Assembly: GCF_044342855.1 (NCBI RefSeq)
Contig: NZ_JBIIPA010000008.1
Location: 146-64,145 of the forward strand
DNA length: 64,000 nucleotides
Source: Polynucleobacter sp.
GTDB taxonomy: Bacteria; Pseudomonadota; Gammaproteobacteria; Burkholderiales; Burkholderiaceae
Direction: 5' to 3'
In this document: positions 41,719-51,881 of the stretch, piece by piece
Layout: each line of letters starts with the position of its first letter
How positions within the stretch are numbered: the first letter of the stretch is position 1
Position numbers and translations under genes: made by a program
The notes under the pieces: model-generated
What the model was told of the DNA's origin: nothing
The model's input: the letters and a program-made list of their open reading frames with translations, nothing else
The model's database searches: none

Positions 41719-42722
41719 TTACTTAGCTAAGAAGCCAGCTTCAGTCATTAACTGCTTATGCAAAGCTTCATTTAATGTAAGCCAATTTCTGAACTCTTTA
41801 CCAGTCATAAATGTCTGATTGAACGCACCATCAGCCATGAACTTCTTCCACTCTGGTGTAGCGCGTACTTTTTTGAACACATCGATATAGTAATCAACCT
41901 GCTCTTGAGTTACGCCAGGAGCCATGAAAATACCGCGCAACATGACATAGTCAGTAGGAACGCCGGCTTCTTTACAAGTTGGCACGTCATACCATGATTG
42001 GGTATCGGTAACCTTCTCTTTGTATGGCATGCGAGTGTCATCAAATACGCACAATGCGCGTAATTTGTTTGCACGCCATTGAGCAACCGCTTCAATTGGA
42101 TTGTTCACAGAAGAATCAATGGATTACCAACGAGTTGCACAGCCACGTCGCCACCCCCTTTGAATGGGATGTATGTGAACTTAGCGCCAGTTGCCTTTTC
42201 AATCGCTACAGTAATGATCTGGTCTTCCGATTTAGATCCAGTACCACCCATTTTGAACTTGCCAGGACCAGCCGCCTTAGCTGCGTCGATATATTCCTTG
42301 GCAGTTTTGTAAGGCTTATCAGCGTTATCCCATAAAACAAATTGATCGAGAGCCAACATCGCTACTGGAGTCATGTCCTGCCAGTTAAATGGAACACCCG
42401 TTGCCAATGGAGTTGTGAACAAGTTTGAGAGGGTAATTACGATCTTATTTGGATCGCCCTTAGCTTCTTTCATTGCTAAGAAGCCTTCAGCTCCTGCGCC
42501 AGCACCCTTGTTCACAGAAATCACTGCCTGTTTCATCAAGTTATTTTTTGTAATGATTCCTTGGATCATGCGAGCCATCTGGTCAGCACCACCGCCAGGA
42601 CCTGCAGGAATGATGAACTCAACTGGCTTGGTTGGTTCCCAAGCAGCGAAAGCGGGTGAAACACTAGCAACACCGAGGGCTAATGCGGTGGAAATCAATG
42701 CCCCCTTTAACTTCATCTTCAT
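41719..42722 (-). pseudogene. tctC: Bug/TctC-family periplasmic substrate-binding protein, interrupted by a frameshift
   Basis: The N-terminal part (signal peptide, GGGADQMAR, to ...VAVQLVGN) and the C-terminal part (IDSSVNNPIEAVAQW... to the end) are in different frames. Reading suggests a missing base at about 42121-42122. Confidence 0.7.
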
Positions 42723-42902
42723 GAACGCTCCTCCAAAAAATTTTGTATGCCAATAGTACTTTGGCTTCTCTTTGTTATGCATGGATTTTTATCCATAACA
42801 GGGCATGAATACTTGATTGCCATCAATAATTGCCAAATGGGCAGTTAGGGGTAACACTAGCTTATTGGTAGTAACCCTATAAGGATTTTGTAGAAAAAAT
42901 TC

Positions 42903-43379
42903 TTAGCGGAATCGATCTAAAAGCTTCTTACTCACTTTATCTAGCTGAGTGGAATCCTTGATCAAAAATTGGAGGCCATTGGAGTCAGCAATCAGAAGCG
43001 TATTGCCAGCAATTCGACGAATGTCTTCTTCACCCTTAAGGCGAATTCTGGTGGGGCCACGGTCAGTCTCGATATCCCAAATACTCGGGGTAGCAAAAGT
43101 AGATACCTTGGTGATTTTTTCGATTACAGGCATGAACTCACGAGCAGCCAACTCTTCCTCAATTAGAGCTAATTCGCCCTCCGGAATGGCAGTGACACCA
43201 TCAAACCAGCACAATTCTTTACCAGACTGATCCATGATGGAGATTCCAGCGCCTGGGGCGGTAATGGGGAAGGCTCTGACTGGATAGACGCCCGTATGCC
43301 GAGTGCCAGAAGCGTCAATGAATACGAGTCGACCTAGCGCATCACGCTCTAAGGCGTGCGACTGTTGATGATGACTCAT
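42903..43379 (-). CDS. DUF1854-family protein (cyanophycin-locus associated)
   Basis: 158 aa. Its start overlaps the stop of the ABC gene (ATGA). I recognise the family from memory as the usual partner of this ABC type. Confidence 0.65.
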   Translation of the reverse strand: MSHHQQSHALERDALGRLVFIDASGTRHTGVYPVRAFPITAPGAGISIMDQSGKELCWFDGVTAIPEGELALIEEELAAREFMPVIEKITKVSTFATPSIWDIETDRGPTRIRLKGEEDIRRIAGNTLLIADSNGLQFLIKDSTQLDKVSKKLLDRFR

Positions 43380-45742
43380 ACGCCACCTCCAGTTTCTTTG
43401 GCAATCAGTTGCAGGCGCTCTTCTTCGCGTTCATTTTTGTTTTCTTCAATGCTTTCACCAATAGCGCCACCTTCAACCAACTCGGCAGCATGGCGTAACT
43501 GCGCTTGATACAAGGCGTAGTACGCGCCCTGCGCATCCATGAGCTCATCATGCGAGCCAATCTCCACAATCTCACCCTTATCAAGCACAACCAAGCGGTC
43601 TGCTTTTCTTAGGGTGGAAAGTCGATGGGCGATCGCAATCGTAGTGCGGCCCTTAACCAGATTATCTAAAGCACGCTGAATTTCTTTTTCAGTGGTGGTG
43701 TCTACCGACGAGGTGGCCTCATCCAAAATCAGAATGCTTGGATTAATTAAGAGCGCACGTGCAATTGAAATACGTTGACGCTCACCGCCCGAGAGTGATT
43801 GACCACGCTCACCCACTAATGAGTCATAACCCAGTGGTAGGCGAAGAATAAATTCATGGGCATGTGCGGCACGTGCGGCTTCAATAATTTCTTCACGAGT
43901 TGCATCCGGTTTTCCGTAAGCAATATTTTCTGCAATCGTTCCAAAGAATAAAAATGGCTCTTGTAAAACTAATCCAATACGCTTGCGATAGTCAGCAATG
44001 CCGATGCTACGAATGTCGCGCCCATCCAATGCAATAGAGCCAGCACTCACATCATAGAAGCGGCAAATTAAGTTCACTAGAGTGCTCTTACCAGAGCCGC
44101 TATGACCAACTAAACCAATCATTTCTCCAGGGGCAATATCTAGATCAATGCCTTTAGAAACCGCGCGGTTACCATACCGGAAACCCACGCCCCGCAAGGA
44201 GATGCGGCCTTTGACTTCGCCCAAGGGCGCTGGATTAATTGGCTCGGGAACGCTCGAGACATGATCCAAGATATCAAAAATGCGCTTTGCACCTGCAGCT
44301 GCTTTTTGCGTATGAGAAACGATGCGACTCATCGAATCGAGTCGAATATAGAAGCGTCCAATATAGGCAAGGAATGCAATCAATACACCAACCGTGACCT
44401 TTTGATGTGCCACCTGCCAAATACCGAAACCCCACACCACCAAGAGGCCAGCTTCAGTTAGAAGCGTGACTGTTGGAGAAAATAATCCCCATACGCGATT
44501 AACGCGATCATTGATTTGTAAATTGTGTCTATTGGAATCGACAAAACGTTTGAGCTCGCGGTCCTCTTGAGCAAAGGCTTTCACTACTCGAATACCTGGA
44601 ATCGTATCAGCCAAGATATTGGTTACTTCAGACCAAACACGATCAATCTTTTCAAACCCAAAACGGAGTTTGTCTCGCACTACATGAATCATCCACACGA
44701 TAAATGGCAATGGAGCCAAAGTGACCAATGCGAGCAAAGGATCAATCGACACCAAAATTGCGGCCGTCATCGTGATCATGATGACGTCGGTCGCAAAGTC
44801 CAATGCGTAAAGTGACAGAAATACGCAAATGCGGTCAGTCTCTGCGCCAATCCGCGCAATTAAGTCGCCCGTTCTTTTGCCACCGAAATACTCTAAGGAT
44901 AATTTAAGTAAATGCTCAAAAGTCGTATTACGTAGATCTGCGCCGATACGCTCACTCACTAATGCGAGTAGGTAAGTCTTCCACCAACCCAAACCCCAAG
45001 CTACAATTGCCGCAGCAAACAAGGCGAACAGATACTTGCTAGCCAAATAAAAATCGATGGGATTGCCTTTTTCATATGGGATCAACACATGATCCATTAA
45101 AGGCATCGTCAGATAAGGTGGAATTAGCGTGGCGCTGGTTGACAGTAAGGTCAGGAAAAAGCCCAGTAAAAGCTCTTTTTTGTAGGGGCGAGCAAAGCGC
45201 CACAATTTAAATAAGGTCCAAGTAGATGGAGGGGCATCATCCTCTGGATCGCAAGTCGGGCAAGCATCTGAATTAGCAGGCTTAGGGCTCAAGCAAACTG
45301 GACAAACCTGTTTATCGTATTCAGAGGCCTCAGGCTCTTTAGCGGTCTGGTCACCCTGGATTAAACGCTTAAAGCTACTCTGTAGGCGCAATACCTGAGG
45401 ATTAACAGCCAAGGTGAAATACCAAAGCCGCAGCAGACTGGTCTCGGACTCTAGCTTGAGGTGCCCTACTCCAGCATGATCGCCATGTAAAAGGTGCGCT
45501 CCAGAGCTAATAGACCAGAATTCTGACTCTGTGCCGTCACTCCAAAATAGACCCGATCGAATTAAGCAAAGCAGGCTTTTTTCAAAACGCATTTCCCCAT
45601 CGAGATCGAGCTCAACCCATGCCAGTATTGAGTTGGTGTTTTTTACTGGGGATTGAGGTGCTTCTAAAGCGCTAGCCCAATGAGTTGGCAAGGGGGGAGC
45701 GGATAGGGAAATTTCTGGCTTCATTAGTATTTCTGGCTTCAT
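43376..45742 (-). CDS. ABC exporter (fused TMD-NBD) with a ~175-aa N-terminal cytoplasmic extension
   Basis: GHSGSGKST Walker A, LSGGERQR signature and ILILDEATS Walker B, with a 6-TM exporter core. The N-terminal extension includes CPVC-x11-CPTC. Confidence 0.85.
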   Translation of the reverse strand: MKPEILMKPEISLSAPPLPTHWASALEAPQSPVKNTNSILAWVELDLDGEMRFEKSLLCLIRSGLFWSDGTESEFWSISSGAHLLHGDHAGVGHLKLESETSLLRLWYFTLAVNPQVLRLQSSFKRLIQGDQTAKEPEASEYDKQVCPVCLSPKPANSDACPTCDPEDDAPPSTWTLFKLWRFARPYKKELLLGFFLTLLSTSATLIPPYLTMPLMDHVLIPYEKGNPIDFYLASKYLFALFAAAIVAWGLGWWKTYLLALVSERIGADLRNTTFEHLLKLSLEYFGGKRTGDLIARIGAETDRICVFLSLYALDFATDVIMITMTAAILVSIDPLLALVTLAPLPFIVWMIHVVRDKLRFGFEKIDRVWSEVTNILADTIPGIRVVKAFAQEDRELKRFVDSNRHNLQINDRVNRVWGLFSPTVTLLTEAGLLVVWGFGIWQVAHQKVTVGVLIAFLAYIGRFYIRLDSMSRIVSHTQKAAAGAKRIFDILDHVSSVPEPINPAPLGEVKGRISLRGVGFRYGNRAVSKGIDLDIAPGEMIGLVGHSGSGKSTLVNLICRFYDVSAGSIALDGRDIRSIGIADYRKRIGLVLQEPFLFFGTIAENIAYGKPDATREEIIEAARAAHAHEFILRLPLGYDSLVGERGQSLSGGERQRISIARALLINPSILILDEATSSVDTTTEKEIQRALDNLVKGRTTIAIAHRLSTLRKADRLVVLDKGEIVEIGSHDELMDAQGAYYALYQAQLRHAAELVEGGAIGESIEENKNEREEERLQLIAKETGGGV

Positions 45743-45952
45743 TAGTTCTAAAAGTATAGTGGAGCTAGATTTTTTAGATTTAGTAACTCTGTCAACTTTA
45801 CAGGGCAGAAAGCCGTTAGCTTAAGCAAGTAGGCTTTTTTGTGTATTTTTGCTAATTTTGTGGATTTTGAATAATTACTAGAACCAGAGAGATAGTCTGA
45901 GTCATCCCCGCCCTTACCTTCAGAAGCAGCACTGAGACCCCCCATTCCACAT

Positions 45953-48145
45953 ATGCCCCAATTACTAGATAAAACCATTGAGATCTTGAGCGTCAAGCAT
46001 CTCCGCGGCCCCAATATGTGGACCTACCATCCCGTTATTGAAGTTTGGCTCGATATTGGCGAATTAGAGGATTTCCCCTCCAACCTCATTCCTGGGTTTT
46101 ATGGCCGTCTTGTCAAAGCCCTCCCTAGCCTTCAAGAACATCGCTGCAGCTATGGTGAAGCTGGTGGATTCCTCAAGAGAGTTGAAGAAGGCACTTGGCC
46201 TGCTCACATCCTTGAACACCTTACACTCGAATTACAAAATTTAGCCGGCATCCCTGGCGGCTTTGGTAAAGCACGTGATGGCGATCGCCGCGGTGTTTAC
46301 AAAGTCATGGTGAGCGCTATTAATGAAGAAGTGACTCTCACCGCACTCAAATATGCTCGCGATCTGTATCTTGCGCTAGCGCAAGATACTAAGGATCCTG
46401 TTACTCTTGTTAGCACCATTATTGAAGAGCTGCGCGAGCTTGGCGATGATTTATTGCTTGGACCAAGTACTGCCTGCATCGTGAATGCAGCCGAAGAACG
46501 TGGCATCCCCTCTATTCGCCTGTCTGAAGGCAACCTAGTACAACTTGGCTATGGGGCTAAACAGCGTCGCATCTGGACTGCTGAGACAGATCAAACTAGC
46601 GCAATCGCTGAAACGATTTCTCGCGATAAGGATCTCACTAAGAGTCTTTTATCTAGCGCAGGAGTCCCTACGCCTGAAGGCCGCACCGTTACTAGTGCTG
46701 ATGATGCATGGGAAGCAGCACAAGATATCGGCCTACCAGTAGTGGTCAAGCCGATTGATGGCAACCATGGTCGCGGTGTATTTATTAACCTGTATACCCA
46801 GCAAGAAATTGAAGCAGCCTACGCCGTTGCAATTGATGAAGGTAGTGAAGTGTTGGTGGAGCGTCACATTATTGGCGATGAACATCGCTTGTTGGTTGTT
46901 GGCAATAAAGTGGTTGCGGCAGCTAAAGGCGAAACTATTTGGGTTACTGGTGATGGCAAACATACCGTACTTGAACTCATTCAAATTCAGATTAACTCTG
47001 ATCCGCGCCGAGGAACTTCTGAGGAGCATCCACTCAACCCAGTGCGCATTGATTCCGCCGTGGAGTTAGAGCTTGCACGTCAGAAACTCACTGGCGAAAG
47101 TATTCCAGCCTTGGATCAGAAAGTACTCATTCAAAGTAATGGCAATGTTGCATTTGATGTCACCGACTTAGTTCATCCAGAAGTAGCCAGCCAAGTTGCT
47201 CTAGCCGCTCGCGTAGTGGGGCTGGAGATTGCAGGCGTTGATCTAGTTGCGCAAGACATTAGCAAACCATTAGAAGAGCAAAATGCTGCCATCGTTGAAG
47301 TGAATGCTGGCCCAGGTTTATTGATGCACTTGAAACCTGCCAGCGGCAAACCCCAACCGGTTGGCAAAGAGATTGCAAATCATCTTTTCCCGCCAGGCGC
47401 CAATTTTCGCATTCCAGTAGTTGGCATCTGCGGTGCTCGCGGTAAAACGCCTGTTGCTGAAATGATTGCCCACTTCTTGCGACTCACCAATTTGTACGTT
47501 GGATTATCTTGCAGCAAGGGCTTGTTTTTTGGTCATCGCTCAATCCAAAAGAGCAATGCTGCCAACTGGGAAAATGCCCGTCGTACTTTATTAAATCGTG
47601 CAGTTGAAGCGGCTGTTATCGAGAACAATAATCTATCTATGTTGATAGAGGGCCTAGCTTATGACCGCTGCCAAGTGGGCATTGTTTTGAACGTAGATCC
47701 AAAAGCCAACTTCCCTCAGTACGCCATCTACGACGAAGACCAAGTATTTAGCATCGTTAGGACCCAAGTGGATGTGGTCTTGCCAACTGGTGTTGCCGTT
47801 CTGAATGCGGATGACCCTATGGTGGCGAGCATGGCAGAGCTATGCGATGGTGAAGTAATCTTCTTTACTCAAGACTCTGCCTCACCCATTGCGCAAGAGC
47901 ACCTTAAGAATGGTGGTCGCGCCGTATTGATTGGTAATCAACAAATTATCCTGAAGTCCGCTAAGCATGATCAAAAGAGCATTCCGGTGCCGCGCAATTC
48001 TGAGCTTAGTATTAGCGAACCATGGAAACCGATAAATCTTGGTGCTGCGATTGCTGCAGCTTGGGCTTTAGATATTCCGTTCAACGTAATTGAAGCTGGT
48101 GCTGAAACCTTTGTTTCTGACGCCAGCATTCCAGCAGGGGCTTAA
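45953..48145 (+). CDS. cyanophycin synthetase-like protein, C-terminally truncated paralog (730 aa)
   Basis: Collinear with the downstream CphA through the N domain, the ATP-grasp domain (VVKPIDGNHGRGV, VEVNAGPGLLMH) and the Mur-ligase central region (GARGKT). It ends where CphA continues with VPGRFN...DYGHNPDA. Confidence 0.8.
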   Translation: MPQLLDKTIEILSVKHLRGPNMWTYHPVIEVWLDIGELEDFPSNLIPGFYGRLVKALPSLQEHRCSYGEAGGFLKRVEEGTWPAHILEHLTLELQNLAGIPGGFGKARDGDRRGVYKVMVSAINEEVTLTALKYARDLYLALAQDTKDPVTLVSTIIEELRELGDDLLLGPSTACIVNAAEERGIPSIRLSEGNLVQLGYGAKQRRIWTAETDQTSAIAETISRDKDLTKSLLSSAGVPTPEGRTVTSADDAWEAAQDIGLPVVVKPIDGNHGRGVFINLYTQQEIEAAYAVAIDEGSEVLVERHIIGDEHRLLVVGNKVVAAAKGETIWVTGDGKHTVLELIQIQINSDPRRGTSEEHPLNPVRIDSAVELELARQKLTGESIPALDQKVLIQSNGNVAFDVTDLVHPEVASQVALAARVVGLEIAGVDLVAQDISKPLEEQNAAIVEVNAGPGLLMHLKPASGKPQPVGKEIANHLFPPGANFRIPVVGICGARGKTPVAEMIAHFLRLTNLYVGLSCSKGLFFGHRSIQKSNAANWENARRTLLNRAVEAAVIENNNLSMLIEGLAYDRCQVGIVLNVDPKANFPQYAIYDEDQVFSIVRTQVDVVLPTGVAVLNADDPMVASMAELCDGEVIFFTQDSASPIAQEHLKNGGRAVLIGNQQIILKSAKHDQKSIPVPRNSELSISEPWKPINLGAAIAAAWALDIPFNVIEAGAETFVSDASIPAGA

Positions 48146-50716
48146 TTGGAAATCACCCGTATTCGCATGTTGCGCGGCCCAAATTTATGGAGCCGCCATA
48201 CCGCCTTAGAGGCAATTGTTTCCTGCGACGAAACAGAACGCTCCATCGATTCAATTCCGCAGTTTGAAATCAAGATTCGTGAGCGCTTTCCTCAATTAGG
48301 CAGCATGCGTCGTGGTGGACATAATGAAATCCTCTCTCTCGCACATGCTCTAGAACATGCTGCTTTAGGTCTTCAGTCTCAAGCAGGCTGCCCAGTTACC
48401 TTTAGTCGCACTGTGCAAACTACTGAAGTCGGCATATTTCAAGTGGTGGCGGAGTACACCGAAGAAGTTGTTGGGCGCATGGCCTTTGACTTCGCCTTTG
48501 CGCTAATCCAGGCAACACTCAATGATGTGCCGTTTGATTTAACAGCCGCCCTCTCAGAATTAGAAGCTTTGTATGAAGATGTTCGTCTGGGGCCAAGCAC
48601 TGGATCCATCGTGGATGCTGCCGTTCAAAGAAATATTCCCTATCGCCGCATGACTGAGGGCAGTATGGTGCAGTTTGGTTGGGGTAGCAAGCAAAAACGC
48701 ATTCAAGCTGCTGAGACCAGCGATACCAGCGCAATAGCAGAAGCCATTGCACAAGATAAAGAGCTCACTAAAAATCTATTGGCAGCTGCGGGCGTATCTG
48801 TTCCGATTGGCGAAGTGGTTACGACCGCTGATGATGCGTGGCGCGCTGCCCAAAAGATTGGCGGCCCGATTGTTCTTAAGCCTAAAGACGGCAATCAAGG
48901 CAAAGGCGTTGTCGCCAACATTCAAACTGAAGCAGAGGTACGTGCAGGCTTTGTAGTTACGCAAGCCTTCGGACGTGAAACGATTGTTGAACGTTACTTA
49001 CCTGGCGCTGACTATCGCTTGCTAGTGGTTGGCAATCGCCTTTCCGCTGCAGCTCGCCGCGAACCCGCTCAAGTGGTTGGTGATGGCAAGCATAGTGTTG
49101 CTGAACTAGTTGAACTAGAAAACAAAAATCCATTGCGCGGCGATGGCCATGCAACTGCATTAACCAAAATTCGTTTTGATGACATCGCTCTTGCACATTT
49201 AGCCGGCAATGGTTTAAGCCCCCAATATGTTCCCAAGACTGGTGAGCGTATCTTGCTTCGTAATAATGCCAATCTCAGCACTGGCGGCACCGCCACCGAC
49301 GTGACTGATGATGTTCACCCCGATGTGGCTGCTAGTGCAATTGCAGCTGCCCAAATGATTGGGTTAGATATTGCTGGCGTCGACATTCTGTGTGAGGCGA
49401 TTTACAAGCCTTTAGAGGCTCAAGGTGGCGGCATTGTTGAAGTCAATGCTGCACCAGGCTTACGCATGCATCTCAAGCCCTCGTATGGCAAGAGCCGCCC
49501 TGTTGGTGAAGATATCGTCAATATGATGTATTCATTAGGTGAGGATGGTCGCATTCCAGTGGTAGCCGTCACCGGTACCAATGGCAAGACCACTACTGTT
49601 CGCCTGATTTCTCATTTATTGAATGAGACTGGTTTACGCGTCGGCATGACAACCACCGATGGCGTATACATCAATCATCGCCTCATCGATTCTGGTGATT
49701 GCAGCGGTCCTAAGAGTGCTCGTAATGTCCTCATGCATCCCGATGTCGATGCAGCCGTATTAGAAACAGCCCGCGGCGGAATGTTACGTGAAGGCCTTGG
49801 CTTCGACCGTTGCGAAGTTGCGGTTGTGACCAATATTGGTGACGGCGACCATCTAGGCCTAAACTACGTCACTAGCGTAGAAGACCTAGCGATTCTGAAG
49901 CGGGTCATTGTGATGAACGTTGCGCCAACAGGCGCTGCAGTTCTAAACGCCGCTGATCCGATAGTTGTGAAGATGGGTGATGTTTGCACGGGTCGTGTCA
50001 TTTTCTTTGCACAAAATCAACACCATCCTGTAATTGCGGCCCATCGCGCTAAGAATAAAAAAGTGATCTACTTTGATGGCGCTTATATCGTCTGCTCAAA
50101 GGGAGCGCGCGTACTCTTCCGCTTCCCTGTGAGCGAGATTCCATTGACTCAAAATGGTGTCTTAGGCTTCCAGATTGAAAATGCAATGGCCTCTATCGGG
50201 GCTGCCTGGGCTTTAGGTCTGGACGCAGAAAAGATTGCACGCGGACTTCACTCTTTTGAGAGCTCATCCAATGCGGTGCCAGGACGCTTTAATCAATTCC
50301 AACACAAAGGCGCCACTGTAATTGCTGACTATGGTCACAACCCAGATGCCATGCGTGCTTTAGCAAGCGCTATCGAGGCCATGAAGCCTAAGAAGAGTCA
50401 CGTAGTTATTAGTGGTGCCGGCGATCGTCGCGATGAAGATATTCGTGATCTGACCCGCATTCTTGGCAATAGCTTTGACAATGTCATCCTCTACCAAGAT
50501 CAGTGTCAACGTGGCCGTGAAGATGGAGAAGTTCTTAAGCTTCTGCAAGAAGGCTTAGTAGGTACCAAGAAAGCTAAACAGGTTAAAGAAATTACCGGTG
50601 AATTTCTCGCTATCGATACCGTCCTCAACGATTTATCTGCTGGTGATATCTGTTTGATTTTGATTGACCAAGTGGAACAATCTCTGGCCCACCTTAAGGA
50701 AAAGGTGCAACCTTAA
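48146..50716 (+). CDS. cphA: cyanophycin synthetase
   Basis: 856 aa with ATP-grasp motifs (LKPKDGNQGKGV, VEVNAAPGLRMH), the Mur-ligase P-loop GTNGKTTT, and C-domain DYGHNPDA. TTG start directly after the upstream TAA. Confidence 0.9.
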   Translation: MEITRIRMLRGPNLWSRHTALEAIVSCDETERSIDSIPQFEIKIRERFPQLGSMRRGGHNEILSLAHALEHAALGLQSQAGCPVTFSRTVQTTEVGIFQVVAEYTEEVVGRMAFDFAFALIQATLNDVPFDLTAALSELEALYEDVRLGPSTGSIVDAAVQRNIPYRRMTEGSMVQFGWGSKQKRIQAAETSDTSAIAEAIAQDKELTKNLLAAAGVSVPIGEVVTTADDAWRAAQKIGGPIVLKPKDGNQGKGVVANIQTEAEVRAGFVVTQAFGRETIVERYLPGADYRLLVVGNRLSAAARREPAQVVGDGKHSVAELVELENKNPLRGDGHATALTKIRFDDIALAHLAGNGLSPQYVPKTGERILLRNNANLSTGGTATDVTDDVHPDVAASAIAAAQMIGLDIAGVDILCEAIYKPLEAQGGGIVEVNAAPGLRMHLKPSYGKSRPVGEDIVNMMYSLGEDGRIPVVAVTGTNGKTTTVRLISHLLNETGLRVGMTTTDGVYINHRLIDSGDCSGPKSARNVLMHPDVDAAVLETARGGMLREGLGFDRCEVAVVTNIGDGDHLGLNYVTSVEDLAILKRVIVMNVAPTGAAVLNAADPIVVKMGDVCTGRVIFFAQNQHHPVIAAHRAKNKKVIYFDGAYIVCSKGARVLFRFPVSEIPLTQNGVLGFQIENAMASIGAAWALGLDAEKIARGLHSFESSSNAVPGRFNQFQHKGATVIADYGHNPDAMRALASAIEAMKPKKSHVVISGAGDRRDEDIRDLTRILGNSFDNVILYQDQCQRGREDGEVLKLLQEGLVGTKKAKQVKEITGEFLAIDTVLNDLSAGDICLILIDQVEQSLAHLKEKVQP

Positions 50717-50750
50717 TTCTTTGATTGATTGTCAGATGACCCTTTGAAAC

Positions 50751-50782
50751 AAAAAAGCCCGATCACTGATTGGGCTTTTTTG
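50751..50782. terminator. bidirectional terminator between cphA and fbp
   Basis: AAAAAAGCCC...GGGCTTTTTT hairpin flanked by A and T runs. Confidence 0.55.
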
Positions 50783-50816
50783 TTGGATCTTGCTAGCTCC
50801 GAATGCTGCAAATGCA

Positions 50817-51827
50817 TTACACCTGAGAATGATAATGTTGCAAACGCTCAATCTCTTCCTTGGAACCCAACATGACGGAGACGCGCTCATGGAGTTCGGT
50901 AGGAACCATATCCATAATCAATTGATCACCATTGGTCGACGCTCCACCAGCCTGCTCTACCAAGAAGCTCATTGGGTTTGCCTCATACATCAGACGTAGC
51001 TTTCCTGGCTTATGCGGCTCACGTTGATCCCATGGATACATAAAGATACCGCCACGCGATAAGACGCGGTGCACATCAGCAACCATGGATGCAATCCAGC
51101 GCATATTGAAATCTTTGTCACGCTCTCCACTGACGCCAGCCAAGCACTCATCGACGTAGCGACGGACAGGCTCAGCCCAGTGGCGCATATTCGACATGTT
51201 GATAGCGAATTCTTTAGTTGAGTGAGAAATCTCTACCGCATGCTTAATTAAGACAAACTCGCCAGTTACTTTATTCAGGGTGAACATCACTACGCCATCA
51301 CCTAGAGTTAGCGCCATGGTTGTTTGTGGGCCATAGACAACGTAACCGGCGGCTACCTGGTGACGGCCTGACAATAAGAAATCTGCAGTTTGCAAGGGTG
51401 CTGCAGGATCTTGTTTCTTCAGCACAGAAAAAATTGTGCCGATGGATACATTCACATCGATATTTGAAGAGCCATCTAATGGGTCAAATAGCAATAAGTA
51501 GTCGCCAGTACCTTGAACTGGGAGTGGTAACTCCATCTCTTCAGAGGCTAGACCAGCCAATGATTTACATCCCTGCACACCATCAATTAATAAGTCATTA
51601 GCAATCACATCCAGCTTTTGCTGAACTTCTCCCTGGACATTACCGGTACCAGCAGAGCCCAATAAGCCAATCAAGGCGCCTTGAGCAACTTCATGACTCA
51701 AGGTTGAGCATGTATCAGCAACTGCTAATAGCAACTCCTGTAGGCCCGCAGGAATGTCTACACCCTTCACCTTGGTAGAAGTCAGGTATTGCTTGAAATT
51801 GGTATTAAAAGTACTTGAAGTGCTCAA
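50817..51827 (-). CDS. fbp: fructose-1,6-bisphosphatase class 1
   Basis: 336 aa with [18 protein letters not shown] and MRYVADVHR-like ([13 protein letters not shown]) motifs. Confidence 0.95.
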   Translation of the reverse strand: MSTSSTFNTNFKQYLTSTKVKGVDIPAGLQELLLAVADTCSTLSHEVAQGALIGLLGSAGTGNVQGEVQQKLDVIANDLLIDGVQGCKSLAGLASEEMELPLPVQGTGDYLLLFDPLDGSSNIDVNVSIGTIFSVLKKQDPAAPLQTADFLLSGRHQVAAGYVVYGPQTTMALTLGDGVVMFTLNKVTGEFVLIKHAVEISHSTKEFAINMSNMRHWAEPVRRYVDECLAGVSGERDKDFNMRWIASMVADVHRVLSRGGIFMYPWDQREPHKPGKLRLMYEANPMSFLVEQAGGASTNGDQLIMDMVPTELHERVSVMLGSKEEIERLQHYHSQV

Positions 51828-51881
51828 AAGGAGTTTCTCCGTGATGGGTTTATTTCTGTATGGACTCTATTTTGCCTTGTT

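Noticed and set aside
45748-46014. An 88-aa minus-strand ORF spanning the ABC/cphA' divergent promoter region.
   Set aside because: It overlaps the cphA' start and the promoter region. It shows no motif or RBS and no coding-like composition.
47400-47470. The idea that the upstream CphA paralog has a dead P-loop in its Mur-ligase domain.
   Set aside because: On re-reading, the loop is GICGARGKTPV, which still contains GxxGKT. Only the missing C-terminal subdomain is defensible.
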